In this document: positions 33,001 through 44,731 of the stretch, one piece after another
Layout: every line of letters starts with the position of its first letter
Numbering within the stretch: the first letter of the stretch is position 1
From: Diplonema japonicum
Lineage: Eukaryota; Protista; Euglenozoa: Diplonemea
Assembly (NCBI GenBank): GCA_964019335.1
Contig: OZ025683.1
Coordinates: 1-64,000 of the forward strand
Direction: 5' to 3'
DNA: 64,000 nt
The notes under the pieces: model-generated
Told to the model about the DNA's origin: nothing
The model's input: only the letters and a program-made list of their open reading frames with translations
The model's database searches: none
Program-made: the position numbers and the translations under genes

Positions 33001-35446
33001 CTTTCTTCACGGCAGTTACTAGCGGTGCGTCTTCCCATACGATTTTCCCCCCAATAACTTCAGGGCGCACAGTCAGTGACGCTACGGTGGAGTCTCTGTG
33101 CAGTTGCACGTATTGCCTGGGCCTCTCCAAGAGCTGCAGGAGCCTATCCACTAACCTGTTCTTCCCGACACCTTGCTTCCCAATCAGCAAAATATTGTCG
33201 TTGCCGTTGAGGTCGATCAACAGTTTTCTCAACGCAGCAAGGTGCTCCGGGTTGTCGTGGAAGACAATGCTGGGCACTAGTGCAGCCTCCTCTGCGTCAA
33301 CCAGTGGGATCAGTGAGCTCGACGCGTCCCCTATCGACAACTGTGTCTCTGTCTTGTGCACGGAGATGTCCTTGTTGCTTCCATCGAAAGACCGGATGTT
33401 GAGCTCCTTGATTATGGCGGCCACCCTGTCAGCTGCAAACTGGGGCATGATGTCCACTAGCAGCGTGTCAGCCACCGCAGCATGCAGCTCTTGGGGTTTG
33501 GACGCGCAACCCTTGACTATCCTCAACAGCTGCCTGAGCGACATGCTGGGCATGGTGGCATCAGCCACATGCTCATGGACAAGCTTGTTGTGCAGCATCA
33601 TCAAAGAGGGGATGACCTCACTGCTCGGATCGACACCCAAGAAGATCTGTTCCAGCTCGGCGACAGGTGGTGTGTGGACTCTCTGCCAGTTGAAGAATCT
33701 TTGAACTTCGCCCTCCACCCACGAATCCTCTTTTGCGTCAGCAGGCGTCTGTGCGAGAGCGATGATCCTGAATGCCGGGTGCACTTCAAACACATTCTTT
33801 GCTGTTAGTTCCTCACGTGTCATACCCTCCGCAAGAAGTTTCTGGTAGTCCACCGACCTCCTCAGCACTGTGCCATCGTACAGCGTCACCTCACCATCGA
33901 TAAAGAGCCGCCCAAGTGAGGCAAGAACGCCAGGCTGCAGCTTGTCGACGCCATCTAGGATGACCAGCCTGCCCTCCACTGCTGCATTGGTGAGCGACGC
34001 TGCCTGCCATGTTGTGTTCCCATTCTCCTCTGTCATTCTCCTTTGCAACATGTCCCTCGCACTCATGTCCCAGTGGCAGTGCAGAGTGCTCATATTCGGA
34101 CCGTAACCCAGAGAGTAAGCAAAGGTCTTAGCCAGCGCTGACTTCCCACAACCGGGAGGCCCAACAAGGCACAAATGCCTGCCAAGGACGTGGTCTTTGT
34201 ACATGTTAACTAGAACACTTTTAAAGCTCTCCACCTGCACGACATTATACTGCTCCCAGTACTTGAAGGGCGTCTCGCCGCATCCACACGTGTGGGTGAC
34301 CTCGCCCTCTGAAGATTTAAAAGTCACCACAGCGTGCCTAATGGAACCGTCGCCTTCTTCAATAGAAGCGATGCTGTAGGTATTCTCGGCTGTAACCGGC
34401 TTGTCGGCGCTGTAGATGGGGTCGTGAAGGCTGTACCTTTGCAGCACATCAGTGAAGAACTCACGGGAGTGGTTGTCGTCGTTCTTGAAGTCCGTCATGA
34501 CGGAGTACGGGTAGACCCTCTGCAGCGAGTCAATCAGAGGGTCGTGTGGGAACGCGTCCGCCAGCGACGCCCACAGCAAGAGGTCTTCCTCCAAAATATC
34601 AGGGAAATGCTGCGACTGGTCCTGATCAGTGCCCCCGCCCTCCGCCGAGGCAAGCCCAGCAAGGAACCCAACCATTGTCTCGCTATCGGTTGTGGACAGC
34701 TTCGGTGCTTTCGCCCTCACGCCCGCGAGCATGGCGCCTAGAGACGACGGTTCCATTCCCAGACACTGGAAGCGACTTCTCAGTGGAGGGTCTAGAGGTG
34801 TCCCCTGGTACCTTGGCACGGGAAGGCCGAGAGCAAGCACTCGGAACTCTCTGCTTACTTTAACTAAACCCATGGACGTCAGTTCCTCTTCAGTATGCTT
34901 AAGCAGCAGCTCATCCCATCTGTCGGGTGACGTGAGGAATCTGCCGTCCTCCAAACTCATCTCTCTGTTCTCAAGCAGGTTGTTGATAATGGGCAGCACA
35001 TTTCGTTCAACCCTCTCCACACCGTCCAGGATCAGTACCCTCCCGTTGATAGCAGCACGCACAGCCGGTTGGTCAACAAACACAAGATTCCCATCCCACA
35101 TCTCCCTTCGCTGTTTGATATCCGCCTCTGTTGTGTCACGGGAGAGCGATAGGTACTCCACCTCTTTCATCAGAGCATGGCAGAACTTCAATGCAAGCCA
35201 CCTCCTCCTGGGACCGGGAGGTCCCATCAGATATACATCCTGGCCGAGGTTGTGCTTCTGCATCATCCACCTCACCTGCATTAGAACTTCCTTGTCATTG
35301 GGCAGGTACCCGTCTACAGGCACGAGCTGCGGGTTGCTCGGCTTCCAAATCCCTGTCGTGACGCCACCCAAAGTCACCTCCCCCCTGGCGTATCGTGCCC
35401 ACTTCTTGTTTGGCCTCACATTCACCCGGTGAATGCTGCGTAACAT
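30008..35446 (-). CDS. VWA8: von Willebrand factor A domain-containing protein 8 (three AAA+ modules plus VWA)
   Basis: LGQDVYLMGPPG, GPPGCGKS and GKQGVGKN; PHVGGNTWAGGTGG; DCSAS MIDAS motif; mitochondrial-type N-terminus MLRSIHR. Confidence 0.93.
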   Translation of the reverse strand: MLRSIHRVNVRPNKKWARYARGEVTLGGVTTGIWKPSNPQLVPVDGYLPNDKEVLMQVRWMMQKHNLGQDVYLMGPPGPRRRWLALKFCHALMKEVEYLSLSRDTTEADIKQRREMWDGNLVFVDQPAVRAAINGRVLILDGVERVERNVLPIINNLLENREMSLEDGRFLTSPDRWDELLLKHTEEELTSMGLVKVSREFRVLALGLPVPRYQGTPLDPPLRSRFQCLGMEPSSLGAMLAGVRAKAPKLSTTDSETMVGFLAGLASAEGGGTDQDQSQHFPDILEEDLLLWASLADAFPHDPLIDSLQRVYPYSVMTDFKNDDNHSREFFTDVLQRYSLHDPIYSADKPVTAENTYSIASIEEGDGSIRHAVVTFKSSEGEVTHTCGCGETPFKYWEQYNVVQVESFKSVLVNMYKDHVLGRHLCLVGPPGCGKSALAKTFAYSLGYGPNMSTLHCHWDMSARDMLQRRMTEENGNTTWQAASLTNAAVEGRLVILDGVDKLQPGVLASLGRLFIDGEVTLYDGTVLRRSVDYQKLLAEGMTREELTAKNVFEVHPAFRIIALAQTPADAKEDSWVEGEVQRFFNWQRVHTPPVAELEQIFLGVDPSSEVIPSLMMLHNKLVHEHVADATMPSMSLRQLLRIVKGCASKPQELHAAVADTLLVDIMPQFAADRVAAIIKELNIRSFDGSNKDISVHKTETQLSIGDASSSLIPLVDAEEAALVPSIVFHDNPEHLAALRKLLIDLNGNDNILLIGKQGVGKNRLVDRLLQLLERPRQYVQLHRDSTVASLTVRPEVIGGKIVWEDAPLVTAVKKGHVLVVDEIDKAPLEVVGILKGLIEDKELLLSDGRRIVASTSEYGWSEADGAVPIHPNFRLIALANVPGFPFLGNDFFASCGDLFRCHLIDNPNRQSKMEVLQQYGPNVPTFALNSMIDAFGDLDKLVSDGLLAYPYSLRELVAVVKHLQKYPDDGLVRSLRNVFDFDSFEPETKELVHSTFEAHGIPLNGKTQSIQRNSLAKVIHLPAPELIAKLEMEETDEQVFVRPLQLKPKMWEWAHSPSTDATILEGREDGVFDERLYTITAPGPVKGVATTLNGSLHALVDIQDTVPVIVSWKGKNLYAPVFSRPCSLDHGSCKILELATFAKNNGGVAGCSIHAVGNEVALFSPKAPSLLIVDPDKRIGYNFAVPLLKQVEQTSWQPFKSAEAAVNLDTTSTEFGLVVLWGTKELNVYHAPSRKWAEVMFDGTAIGDILDVRTVSKSEIFILTKTGIFLANIEESKVWTVNSSVKGSDWDSIIPPRAVYPGTFTPTSTAFIAGDVTNNNVTGRRVPDGIDLKLLPSSHHTAVRNKILARRSDDHKLLLVDTTEATFKSLAIKDIMNKNTVPPHDAVPALALMSNGCAVVTTPSNRQLSIFDTNSQRLHGEWSRWASIVGGTSGGKGEGESEDMDFKYSNSDIKPSELKHGKEDPDNTPHVGGNTWAGGTGGTDTAGLGGKVGPYRIDAGHPVHQVSDEAKAAVPQHLKDQARQMGKEALKKRLNEIQMSEQESSMYNKAHDAVRREVAMLQTMLKGLRSTEGERVWLKNQTDGVWDEGKLVEGMTGEKGVFKKRGESKDQPSLLTGKKKRIVFCMDCSASMFRFNGMDHRLDRIVETAIMVTEAFKGVEDKIEYSIIGHSGDSPDIPLVEFNKAPQNKKERLEVVLKMVAHTQYCWSGDNTLESMQVAIKKAVEKEGDQHFVFVISDANLRRYGISPHTIAKIMRSDPRVNVYGIFIASLGQEAEDIKRTLPAGHGHVCYNSNDLPTVLKRIFLSTNLLK

Positions 35447-35530
35447 TTTCCTGTTCGAAGATGTTGCTTTTTTGGTATTGAAAGCTGCTGTTGTAATAAA
35501 ACAACAAATGTCTGTGCACGTCACAGGTGT

Positions 35531-37077
35531 CTATAGCAAGTCGTCGTCGAGGTCGATGCCGCCTGCTGGCTGTGCAGCAGGGGCAGAGAAGTCGAGGTCC
35601 AAGTCGTCCAATATTGGCGCCGTCTGCGTCTTAGGGCTTAGTTCCAAGTCAAAATCAAATGAGGTATCTGCATGTACAGCCGCCTTCCGCACAGGCTTGT
35701 TAGCAGGGTCGTACACGAAGGACTGGGGCTCAGCAGGTGCCAGAGGCAGCTTGGGCAGCAGGGGTAGCTTCCTGTGGTCTTTGCCGGCCTGCAGATCCCG
35801 GATACGTGGGAGCGCACCGTCCTGAATGAACTCCCAGTACCTCTTCATAGCAAGGTACTGCTCGTCACAGACATCTGTTGTGTTGTTGTTCTTGTTGTTG
35901 TTGTTGTTGTTTGACGTATTTCATACTCTCGAAATGTGTGGCTCTACTCAGCGCTTCGTCCAGCTTCCCGTCCATTTCCTCCAGCTTCCCCTCCAGCTTC
36001 TGTATCCTCTGCAGGTGCTCTGCTGCTCCGTTGTACGCACGCGGCTCAGAAAGACGCTCCTCAAGCTCCTTGATTTTTGCTAAATCCTTATCGCGTATCC
36101 TTTGGTGTGTGCGCTGGCGGAGTTCAAACTCTCTGTGTGTGCGTGCGTGGTGTCCTGGTGTGCATACTCAGCCTGTTTTTTGATGAACTGTGTATCGAAG
36201 TCGGCACGCATATCACGCACCATGTCCTCCCGGCTGGCTTTCTCTTCCTCAAGCTGCTTGGTCAGCTGCTGCACTTTCTCTTCTGTGTTTGCAGAGCTAT
36301 TAGCCTTTTGCGGCGAAGCTTTACTGGCTGCAAGCTGGGTCTCGAGGTCGCGGATTCTGGCAGAGAGTGCCACCACAGTGCTGTCGCACATGTCACCTGC
36401 CTTTGTGTTGAGTCCTGGCGATGCTGCTGCGGTGTCGGGAGAGGAACCAATTACTATGGACTCGTTGAGCTCCTGTGTGGTGTGGTGTAGTTGTTGAGGC
36501 TCGCTACCTTTTCTTTGATTTTTGCCTCGAGCAGCACCTTTGTGTCGACGTAGCCATCCGCCTTTGTGTAGACAGCCTTGTCGGTGATGCGCTCTGTGCT
36601 GTCACTTTCCATTGTAGTGATCTTGAACTGCGTGCCTGCCGCCCTGCCTATCTCGATGAGCACCTCCATGAACCTGTCGTCGTTGTTGCCGTCCGGACCG
36701 TTCGCCTTGTCGGGTGTGAGGCATAGCAGGATGTCGTACTCACTGGGCACCTTCAGCAGCACGTGCTTCTCCGTTGTTTTGGCTGTTACTGTTTTGTATT
36801 TTTTTTTTTCTTCAAAGAGTACTTTGCACAACATACGTACTCCGCCCTTCTTCATGTCTTGCAAGATTATTTCTGATATGAGGGGTATCTTCACTGCCCG
36901 GCTCACATTGCCCTTAGGGTCGCACATATACAGCATTGCCTGTGTCAGGCACACTGCTCGCTTCGTAGCCTTTCCACCCTCGCTGATGTCGACCACTAGC
37001 CTCACGAAGTATGAGGCATTCCCTGCCCAGCTAAGGGACGGTGGGGGCACATATCTATCCAATGCTGGCGCGCTCAT
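35531..37077 (-). CDS. Multi-exon protein with PH-like N-terminus and coiled coil
   Basis: Consecutive minus-strand ORFs separated by short AC-rich GT-AG introns. Confidence 0.65.
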
Positions 37078-38131
37078 GGTGGAAAGAGGTGGAGAGAAGC
37101 AAACCTTTTTTTTTTTTTTTTTTTTTTTTTGGAAAAAAGAAATATGTTCAACGGAAAAGATAAACACAAGAGAGGGACCGGGGGTATATCTACTAAAGGA
37201 AAAAAAAGGAAAGATAACAGGGGGGGGGGGGGGGGAAGGAAAGGAGTGAAATACGTGTGGGTGAACACAAAAAAAGAGAATAACAAAAAGAGAGGGAGGG
37301 GGGAATGACGACCGCCCCTTTACCCCACCCTTGCATCCCCTTCTTTTATTATACTTCCTTTTTTTGTTGCTGCAGTGGCGCTTCTTCGCCTTCTTCCCTT
37401 TCTAGAGTCTTGTTTTTTTTTTCTTTCTCAGGGCCAAGATTCCCTTAGAAAAAGCAAGCAGAAAGAGAGGGGAAAGAATCGGATATTCAAGGGAAGCTTG
37501 CAGTGAAAACAATAACCTCAGCTGCATGGTGGGGTGTCCCATTTCCATCATCATTGTAATGAAATAAGGAACGGAGGAAAATAAAAAGGAGGAATATAAA
37601 AAAGAAAGGAGAAAATATCTTTAACAATTAACAAGCTATTCTTTTTTTTTTTCCGGAAAAAAAAAATAGGGGGAGAAATGGGAAAAATGGGTTTTTTTTT
37701 TAATTTTTTTTCAATAAGGGGCCGAAAGGTAACGCAGGGAAGAGGAGGAAGGAGATCACAAAAAAAAGGGGGAAAGGAAGAACATCTTGGTATAAGTAAC
37801 AAGTAACAGTATTAATCTATGAAAAAAAAAGAAAGCGGGGGAAAATTACGGAATACAAGTAGTGGGAGAGGGAAGGGGGAAAAAAAGAAAAAGAAAAAAA
37901 GTTGTTCTCAGCAAATGAGAACCATAGGAAATATACAAACTATAAAAAAAAAAATAACAAAATAAAATAAAAAAAAAGAGGGGAAATAATAACATAAAAA
38001 AAAAAAGTGGCAATAAAAAAAAAAAAAAAAAAAAAAAAAAACGCTCACGAAGAAGGGACGAAGGAGATCCCAGTAGTTTGGCAAATGTGCTGGATACGGT
38101 GGATGGCCTGGCAAAAAAAAAAAATTTTTTT

Positions 38132-39147
38132 TTAAAAAAACCCCTCGAATACCTGAAGGTTGTTCTGAACACTTCTCAGTTCTGCAGGTCCGTGCGCGAA
38201 GACGCAATGAGGCTCATAAGGACAGAAACCCAATTCCTCGAATTTTTGGCAGCTATTCACCTTGTACTTGAGAGGGTTGACGGTAGGCTTGCACGCTTCA
38301 TAAAGCCTCTTGAGCACATCAAGGTTTGTTTCCCGCGATCTCAGCTCGTTGGGAGAGTGCGCGAAGACACACTGGTTTGCGTATGGGCAGATCCCATGCT
38401 TGTTCATGTTCCTGCACATCTTGACCTTGTACAGCTCAGGGTCCACCTTGTTCATGTCGAAGTCACTCTTAGGCAGCATCCCTTGCGACATGGAGTCGGT
38501 CATAGGTGCTTGCTGCACCACCATCGATGCAAGCTGCGACCTCGCCGCGTGAAGCTGCACCTGTTGCGCAGCCACCATCTGCCTCCTCAGTTCATCAGAC
38601 TCCAGCTCCGCAAGCTGCTGCACCGTGCAAGCAGGTGTGTTCACCGGAGCAGGCCTCGGGTCTCTTCGCAAATGCATAGCTCTCGCCTGGAACTGCGCCA
38701 TCAACGGAAACTGAACGGGCTCCGGCACATTTCCCGAAGCAGGGGTGTTCGAGGAAAGGGGAACCAGCTCAGGGGGGCTCCCCATGTTTGCGGCACAGAG
38801 CTCAGCGTTCCCGCACATCCTCATGGGCGACATTAGAGACGAAGAGAAGTTGTCCATCGTGAAGAAGGCCTTCTTGCTCACACGCTGTTCGTCAGACTTC
38901 CCCGACATGTCAAGGAGGGGTGGGGCATCCCACTCCTCCAGCAAACCAGACAGATTGTTGCTCAACAGAGGCGAGCTCTCGATGTCCCTGTGTGTGGTGT
39001 GGTGTGGTGTGGTGTGGTGTGTTATGTGGCATACGAAGTGCAGACGGAGGAGCTCCTCACATCCTCTGTGATCCCTTCGCTGCTGGATGCGATCTCCCTC
39101 TCCCTGTCCAGGGAGTCAAGCAGGTACTCAACGGATGACACTGCCAT
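38132..39147 (-). CDS. Tandem CCCH zinc-finger RNA-binding protein (TIS11-like fingers)
   Basis: YKVKMC-x8-C-x5-C-x3-H and YKVNSC..CVFAH; intron 38988-39034. Confidence 0.85.
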
Positions 39148-39294
39148 TTTCTTTATTTATTTCTTGTTTGCCGCTTTCTGTGGTGGTGAGAAAAGGTTAA
39201 AATCATGAAAGAAAAGAAGAAGTGAAACGACGCGAAAACACAAAAGAAAAAAGGGTGCGGCTTCCCAGCGATGATAGAAGGGAAGACTACGGAA

Positions 39295-41583
39295 CTAAAC
39301 TGCATCGCTTTCACGCTCCACGTGCCCATGGTCTTCACCGAGGCTGGCCAAGAGGCAGTCGACGGTTGTCTTCAAAGAGGCGGGTGACACGAAGGGAGCT
39401 TGGCAGCGGCCTTGCAGGGAAGGCTTTCTAACAAGTGTAGGTGTGGGGCACGTACGCACCACAGAGGAGTTATTGTACACACACAGTCTGGTGGTACCGT
39501 CCTGAATCTTGACATGAGGGGTCACAACCCATGTAGACGCTGTGGGTTCCCAAAAGGCCCATACATCCACATCCTGCGGGTACGTGTCAGGGCCCTGGGT
39601 GGCATTGGAGACCACCCAGGCTGCCTCTTGTTCCATGTCGCTCCATGCCCCGATGATCCACCTGCGCTGGCTGTTGTAGTAGATCACTCTCCCTGTCCTG
39701 TCCACACTCTCCCACACCGGCCTCTCGTTAATTGTGATACCCGTGAGACTGTAATACCCCGCCGCCTCTGGCTTGTACTGCTTTGTCGACACGTACAGCT
39801 TTTCCAAGACCCCCCTCCCCGTGGGGGCGCCTTCGTCTAGCTCCGTGTTCATCATTTTCAGCCGTAAGCTGCTGTTTTTCTGCTTCAACTCCGAGTTCAC
39901 TGAGTGCAAGATGGTTGTGAAAGAACGGGTTTGCTGTCCGTTGGGGATGTATGCCACGATCGAAGGCTTCTTGACAGCTTCCGTATGTGACGATCCGGCC
40001 ATATAGTGCTCCCCGTGGGGGATGGTGGTCAAGGGCTGCGGTGTCAACGTGTGATTGACGTATGCTGCTAGGAAGTCGGTGAAGGACGTAGTCGGATGAT
40101 AAAGGTACCCCCCAGCATGGTGGCTGTCGTAGGCAATGACCCGTGACGGCAACGAATAGTCCACACCGTGCGAGGTGGCCATGGCACGGCCCCACTCCTC
40201 CTGCATGTTGACAACTGCGAAGACGAGGCTGCGCGACGCATATTCAGTGAAGGCCGCCCACACGGCGTCACGGGTGCCGTCCCAGTAGAGGACAACCCTG
40301 CTCAGCAGGCCATACTCCTCTTGGCACCGCACGATCAACGGGTGCTTGTTCTTCTTCACGAAGCGGACCAAGTTCTTGTATCCCGTGCCAGTGTAGCTGT
40401 GGCGTGTCTTGTCGTACGTGTAGTTTTTAAACAACGTGACATCTGTGCTACTAACACTCTTGTACCACTGGACAGCCTCATCGCTGTTTAGGACACCACA
40501 AGTCACATCAGGCGACGTATCAGCCAGCAGCCTGTAGGACGTGTCCGCGGTGGGTGCACTGAGGAGCACCACAGGGTCGGCTAAGGTTCGTTGGATGTCG
40601 GCGGTTGTGTTGAGTAGCGTGCACGTCTGGGTAGACATCCTCTTCACCCACTCCACGACAGACTGGTCTAGGCTCCCTTTGTATAACACGATCCCACCCC
40701 ATCGCACGAACACAAAAGCAGGTAGTTTCTGGATACCCAAGTTCCTTAGTGAGGGAGTTACCCCCAAAGCAGAAGGTTCTACCTTCACTATCTTAACGGA
40801 AGGGTGCGTCAGCTTCAGCCCACTGGCCCACGTCGACACGATTTCGTTCACCAACATACACGCGTAGCAATCACTGCCCTGGTTGTTGATGTAGAGCAGC
40901 ATATGGTGACCTGTGCGAATGATCTGCTCCAGCATCCTGGGTGGCACAGTGACGGTGTTATCCTTCATAGCAGTGTACACAGGAACGACCTCGGGCAGTC
41001 TGTAAGCGAAATACCTCCAGTAGCACGTATCGGGCTCTTCGGTTGTTGTGAAGCAGAGTTCTAGGCGGCTGGACACCCAACGCATCCACATATTCTCACT
41101 GCACCAACCACCCTCGTAGCTAGAGAACCCAGCAGGGGGTGAGGATGTGCCCAGGAAGCAGGGTTTGCCAGGTGCAGGGGATGCAACAAGTACTTTATTA
41201 GGGATGCTTCTGTCTGTGAATCGTATGACATAAGTGCGTGTTTTTCTGATCCGGAACCTGCCCCTTTCGGATTCCCACTTCCCTACCATCGAAGGCTCCT
41301 CTGCGATGGTCAGCACACTTCTGTAGTTGTCCGTTACAACCGACTTCCACTTCTCTCCATCGGTGCTGTCCACGACGATCCTGTCGCCCAGTTTAATGCC
41401 TGCCTCTGCTGCAGGGCTGAAGTCTTTTGCCATTGTCACCTCGCCTGTCAGCGTGTGCATCCCAAAGCCAAGTTCACTGCCCCATTTCCTAAGCGGCACT
41501 CTCCGTGTCACTCTCTCCTCTACCGAGCGTTCCTCCTGCAGCATCGTGCCCAGCACGGCGGCAACCCATATCGTCCGCAGCAT
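39295..41583 (-). CDS. Signal peptide, PDZ-like and thioredoxin/PDI-like domain protein
   Basis: SPAAEAGIKLGDRI; CYAC; LPAFVFV..YKG; repeated Trx-like segments. Confidence 0.7.
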   Translation of the reverse strand: MLRTIWVAAVLGTMLQEERSVEERVTRRVPLRKWGSELGFGMHTLTGEVTMAKDFSPAAEAGIKLGDRIVVDSTDGEKWKSVVTDNYRSVLTIAEEPSMVGKWESERGRFRIRKTRTYVIRFTDRSIPNKVLVASPAPGKPCFLGTSSPPAGFSSYEGGWCSENMWMRWVSSRLELCFTTTEEPDTCYWRYFAYRLPEVVPVYTAMKDNTVTVPPRMLEQIIRTGHHMLLYINNQGSDCYACMLVNEIVSTWASGLKLTHPSVKIVKVEPSALGVTPSLRNLGIQKLPAFVFVRWGGIVLYKGSLDQSVVEWVKRMSTQTCTLLNTTADIQRTLADPVVLLSAPTADTSYRLLADTSPDVTCGVLNSDEAVQWYKSVSSTDVTLFKNYTYDKTRHSYTGTGYKNLVRFVKKNKHPLIVRCQEEYGLLSRVVLYWDGTRDAVWAAFTEYASRSLVFAVVNMQEEWGRAMATSHGVDYSLPSRVIAYDSHHAGGYLYHPTTSFTDFLAAYVNHTLTPQPLTTIPHGEHYMAGSSHTEAVKKPSIVAYIPNGQQTRSFTTILHSVNSELKQKNSSLRLKMMNTELDEGAPTGRGVLEKLYVSTKQYKPEAAGYYSLTGITINERPVWESVDRTGRVIYYNSQRRWIIGAWSDMEQEAAWVVSNATQGPDTYPQDVDVWAFWEPTASTWVVTPHVKIQDGTTRLCVYNNSSVVRTCPTPTLVRKPSLQGRCQAPFVSPASLKTTVDCLLASLGEDHGHVERESDAV

Positions 41584-41814
41584 GTCCTGTGTGAGATGGC
41601 TGTGCAAGCAGAACAGAGAAGAGAATGTTAGCGGTAAGGGGTTACTTTCCTTCTGAGTATTTTTCTTATTCTGTGTAAGTACTTTCTTTCAATGAACCTT
41701 TTGAACACGGTGGGATCAATATTGACCCATTTAAAAGGGAAGAAACAAAAAAAGATACTACCTATTGAGCCGTGTTCAAAGGGTTCATAACTTTTTCTCC
41801 TTCTCGTCACTTCT

Positions 41815-43827
41815 TTAACCAAATGCCTTCTTGACCTGCTTTCCGCTAAGTCTTGCATGCCCCAGCCAGTTACGCAGTAGCTGCAATTCTTGCCGCAGTT
41901 CGTCGACAGTCAGGAGCTTCCTAACAGCCTGTGTGAAGGTGCATCTCGTGAAAGCCATGCATACCTCTAACTCAGCACGAAGCTCGATTTCAGACATTTC
42001 ACTAATTACATTTTTTCTGCTCTTTTCCTTCTTTTTCTTACTCGAAGCTCTTCTTTGTGTTTCTTTATTTTTCTTATCCTCCTTCTCGACATTCCACCCT
42101 GAAGGCCGCACCACCGTCGAGTTTCTTCGTAGCTCCTTCTGACTGTTCACTTTTTGAACCGAAAGATCCGACAGCCTTCGCGCCTTCGCGTAGCCCTTCG
42201 TTGCCAGCGGCTTCACTTTGGCGGTGTGGCTGTCATTCTGCAGGCTCTCCGTGGGTGTCATGGAAGGGAAGGAAATGTCACTGATGGAGACGGGTGTGAG
42301 AGGTGGCGTGTGCCTTACTTTTTCCTCGTCATGCTGGTGTATCAAATGCACTGCAGCACCACCTGACCCCGCTGGGCAAGTTGCAGGGGAAGGGACAGCA
42401 GCAGGGGCAGGTATTGCAGGCGGAGTGACGGCAACGGGGGATGTGCTTTGCCGCTTTGTGTTTTGGGCACTCATCGCTAGCAGCCTTTCTGCAAATGCAG
42501 AATGCCGCCTCTTCGGGGTGGGCGTGTGCTCTTCATGAAAGCCCTCCGACGTAGTCAGCCCTTGCGAGGGGTCCACGTCTGACGTCTCAGAGTCTTCGTA
42601 GTCGTGTGCAGTGCGCAGCACATCATATGGCAGGACGAAGGGTGCCATGTTCTTAACTACATTGTCGCTCACATGGACATAAGAACCCTTCTTGGACGTG
42701 ATAGTCGCAGCGGGTGCGCTGCATGGTATCAGGTGGAATTCATTCCTTTCGACGACACCGTTGCAGTGCTCGCCAACTACAATGCCAGGTTGCAAGGAGA
42801 TTGTGATGGTGTTCTCCCTGATGCAAGACGCACCGTTCCCCGTCACCGTGATGCACGAACCTTCGTAAGAATGGAAGCTGTTCTGCTGCACCACTGGGTT
42901 GGCACGTTCGATGATGAGGGCGGTCGCAGCACCGTTGTGGAAGGAGTTCCTCATGAGCAGTGTGTCGCACCCTGCACCGATGAACACATCGCACGCTGCG
43001 TTGCCTGTGAACTCGTTCCCCTCGAACACGCCTCTTGACGTCTCTAGGTGCACTCCCTCCGCACCGCCATTCCGTATGACGTTCCTCCACACGCTAGGGT
43101 GCGCCATGCTGTCGACCATGATGCCGGCACACTCGTTCGCTTCTATCACGTTGTCCCGGATCACACCTGTTGCGAGGTCCTGCACAGCAATGCCCGCGCC
43201 CTTCCCTTCTTTGATGAAGTTCCCCTTTATCCACGGGTTGGACAGCCCGCTGTATGCTATGGCCGCGTCACTGTTGTGAAGTATTGTGTTGCCCTCGATG
43301 ATGGCTTTCGCATCTTTGAGGACGATGCCTGGCCCTTTGCACTTTTGCACCGTGCAGCCGCTTATGATGGGGTGCGTCTGTGGGTACTCGTTGTTCTTGG
43401 TAACTGAGATGCCCCCGCCTGTGCCTGTGAGGCAACACGACACGATCTCAGGCGCGCACCTGGACACCAGTATTGCAACACCGAAGTCGTTCTTCACAGT
43501 GATGCCTTCGAACTTGCAGAGGTTGCACAACGTGAAGGTTACGGCGGCGGGCAGCCTCCGCGTGTGGTTCACATGTATGGTAGGTGTTTCGTCTTCAGCC
43601 GCGTGGATCCAGAGGTTTCTGGTACGAACTTTCAAAGGCTCCGTGTAGAGCCCCCCGTGCACCACCACTTCATCGCCGGGCGACGCAGCATCTACGACAG
43701 TCTGTAGGGACTGCCCCTCACGCACATGATGCAGCTCAGGTTCGTTGAACTGCGACCCACGCTTTGTGGTCACAACAGGCCGCTTGCATGACCTGTGGAG
43801 ATTAGGTGCCCTCTCAGCTCCAGCCAT
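41815..43827 (-). CDS. Right-handed beta-helix (PbH1 repeat) protein
   Basis: SLQTVVDAASPGD..GGLYTE followed by repeated I..N.I..GI motifs; start uncertain. Confidence 0.8.
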   Translation of the reverse strand: MAGAERAPNLHRSCKRPVVTTKRGSQFNEPELHHVREGQSLQTVVDAASPGDEVVVHGGLYTEPLKVRTRNLWIHAAEDETPTIHVNHTRRLPAAVTFTLCNLCKFEGITVKNDFGVAILVSRCAPEIVSCCLTGTGGGISVTKNNEYPQTHPIISGCTVQKCKGPGIVLKDAKAIIEGNTILHNSDAAIAYSGLSNPWIKGNFIKEGKGAGIAVQDLATGVIRDNVIEANECAGIMVDSMAHPSVWRNVIRNGGAEGVHLETSRGVFEGNEFTGNAACDVFIGAGCDTLLMRNSFHNGAATALIIERANPVVQQNSFHSYEGSCITVTGNGASCIRENTITISLQPGIVVGEHCNGVVERNEFHLIPCSAPAATITSKKGSYVHVSDNVVKNMAPFVLPYDVLRTAHDYEDSETSDVDPSQGLTTSEGFHEEHTPTPKRRHSAFAERLLAMSAQNTKRQSTSPVAVTPPAIPAPAAVPSPATCPAGSGGAAVHLIHQHDEEKVRHTPPLTPVSISDISFPSMTPTESLQNDSHTAKVKPLATKGYAKARRLSDLSVQKVNSQKELRRNSTVVRPSGWNVEKEDKKNKETQRRASSKKKKEKSRKNVISEMSEIELRAELEVCMAFTRCTFTQAVRKLLTVDELRQELQLLRNWLGHARLSGKQVKKAFG

Positions 43828-44731
43828 CCATGTTACGCCTGTTATGGTGTGCGTGCGTGAGGGGGCATCACAACTCGTAAAACAAAGAAAACAAATAGAC
43901 GAACAATGAAAGGAAATATAATGGGGGATTTCAGGGAATGGGAGAGAGCAACAGGGACTAGATAAACTAGGTAAAAAAGAAAAGAAAAATCCATGCACAC
44001 AAAGTGCAGCATGGACATGGCGTTGAGCACAGGCGCTGGGCGCAAGTCTCGTGACGGTCTACTTTAATGCGGATCGAGAGCGGCTGTACGGGACAGCGGC
44101 TCGGCAATGGAGAGTCCAGAGGATACTCCGTGAGCGGCTACGCAACTGGGGGAAAAAAAAATTGAAAGATCCGACTTTGAAAAAGAAAGGGAGAAGGTAA
44201 ATAAAAAAAAGGGACGGTGTGAACACATGTTCATCCCTTGCTTCCCACCGGTACGAATATAGATCGGCACTCTCGAGAAGCACGAGTTGAAACATACATT
44301 CAAGATACTAGAATTGAAAGATCCAGATAATTAGACTTTGTTTGCCGCATCTACAGTAAAATTTAAGGTGCAAACTAAGCTATTTCTGGACCTAGGAAGG
44401 AAAAGGTAAAAAAAAAGGGGGGGGATATCGAAAAGAAAAAAAATATAAAAAAAGTGATAAGGGGAGGAAATAAAAAGGAAAAGAAATTCTGAACCCCAGC
44501 ATACTGTCTACAGCACTTTCTTTGGGGGGGGGGGAAGGGTGCTCGCATGCTTATGTTTAGTGTGAGAACACTAACGTCCTACACCACCGCACTGGTTCTT
44601 GATATATTTTTTTTTTCTTGTTTACTTTTTAATTCCCACTCTTTTTAAAATAGCTTTTTTATAGGGAGGAACAGCCACGGCCTAGCGGTCGCATGGCTTA
44701 CTTTGTTTCTTTTTCTTTTTTTTTTTTTTTC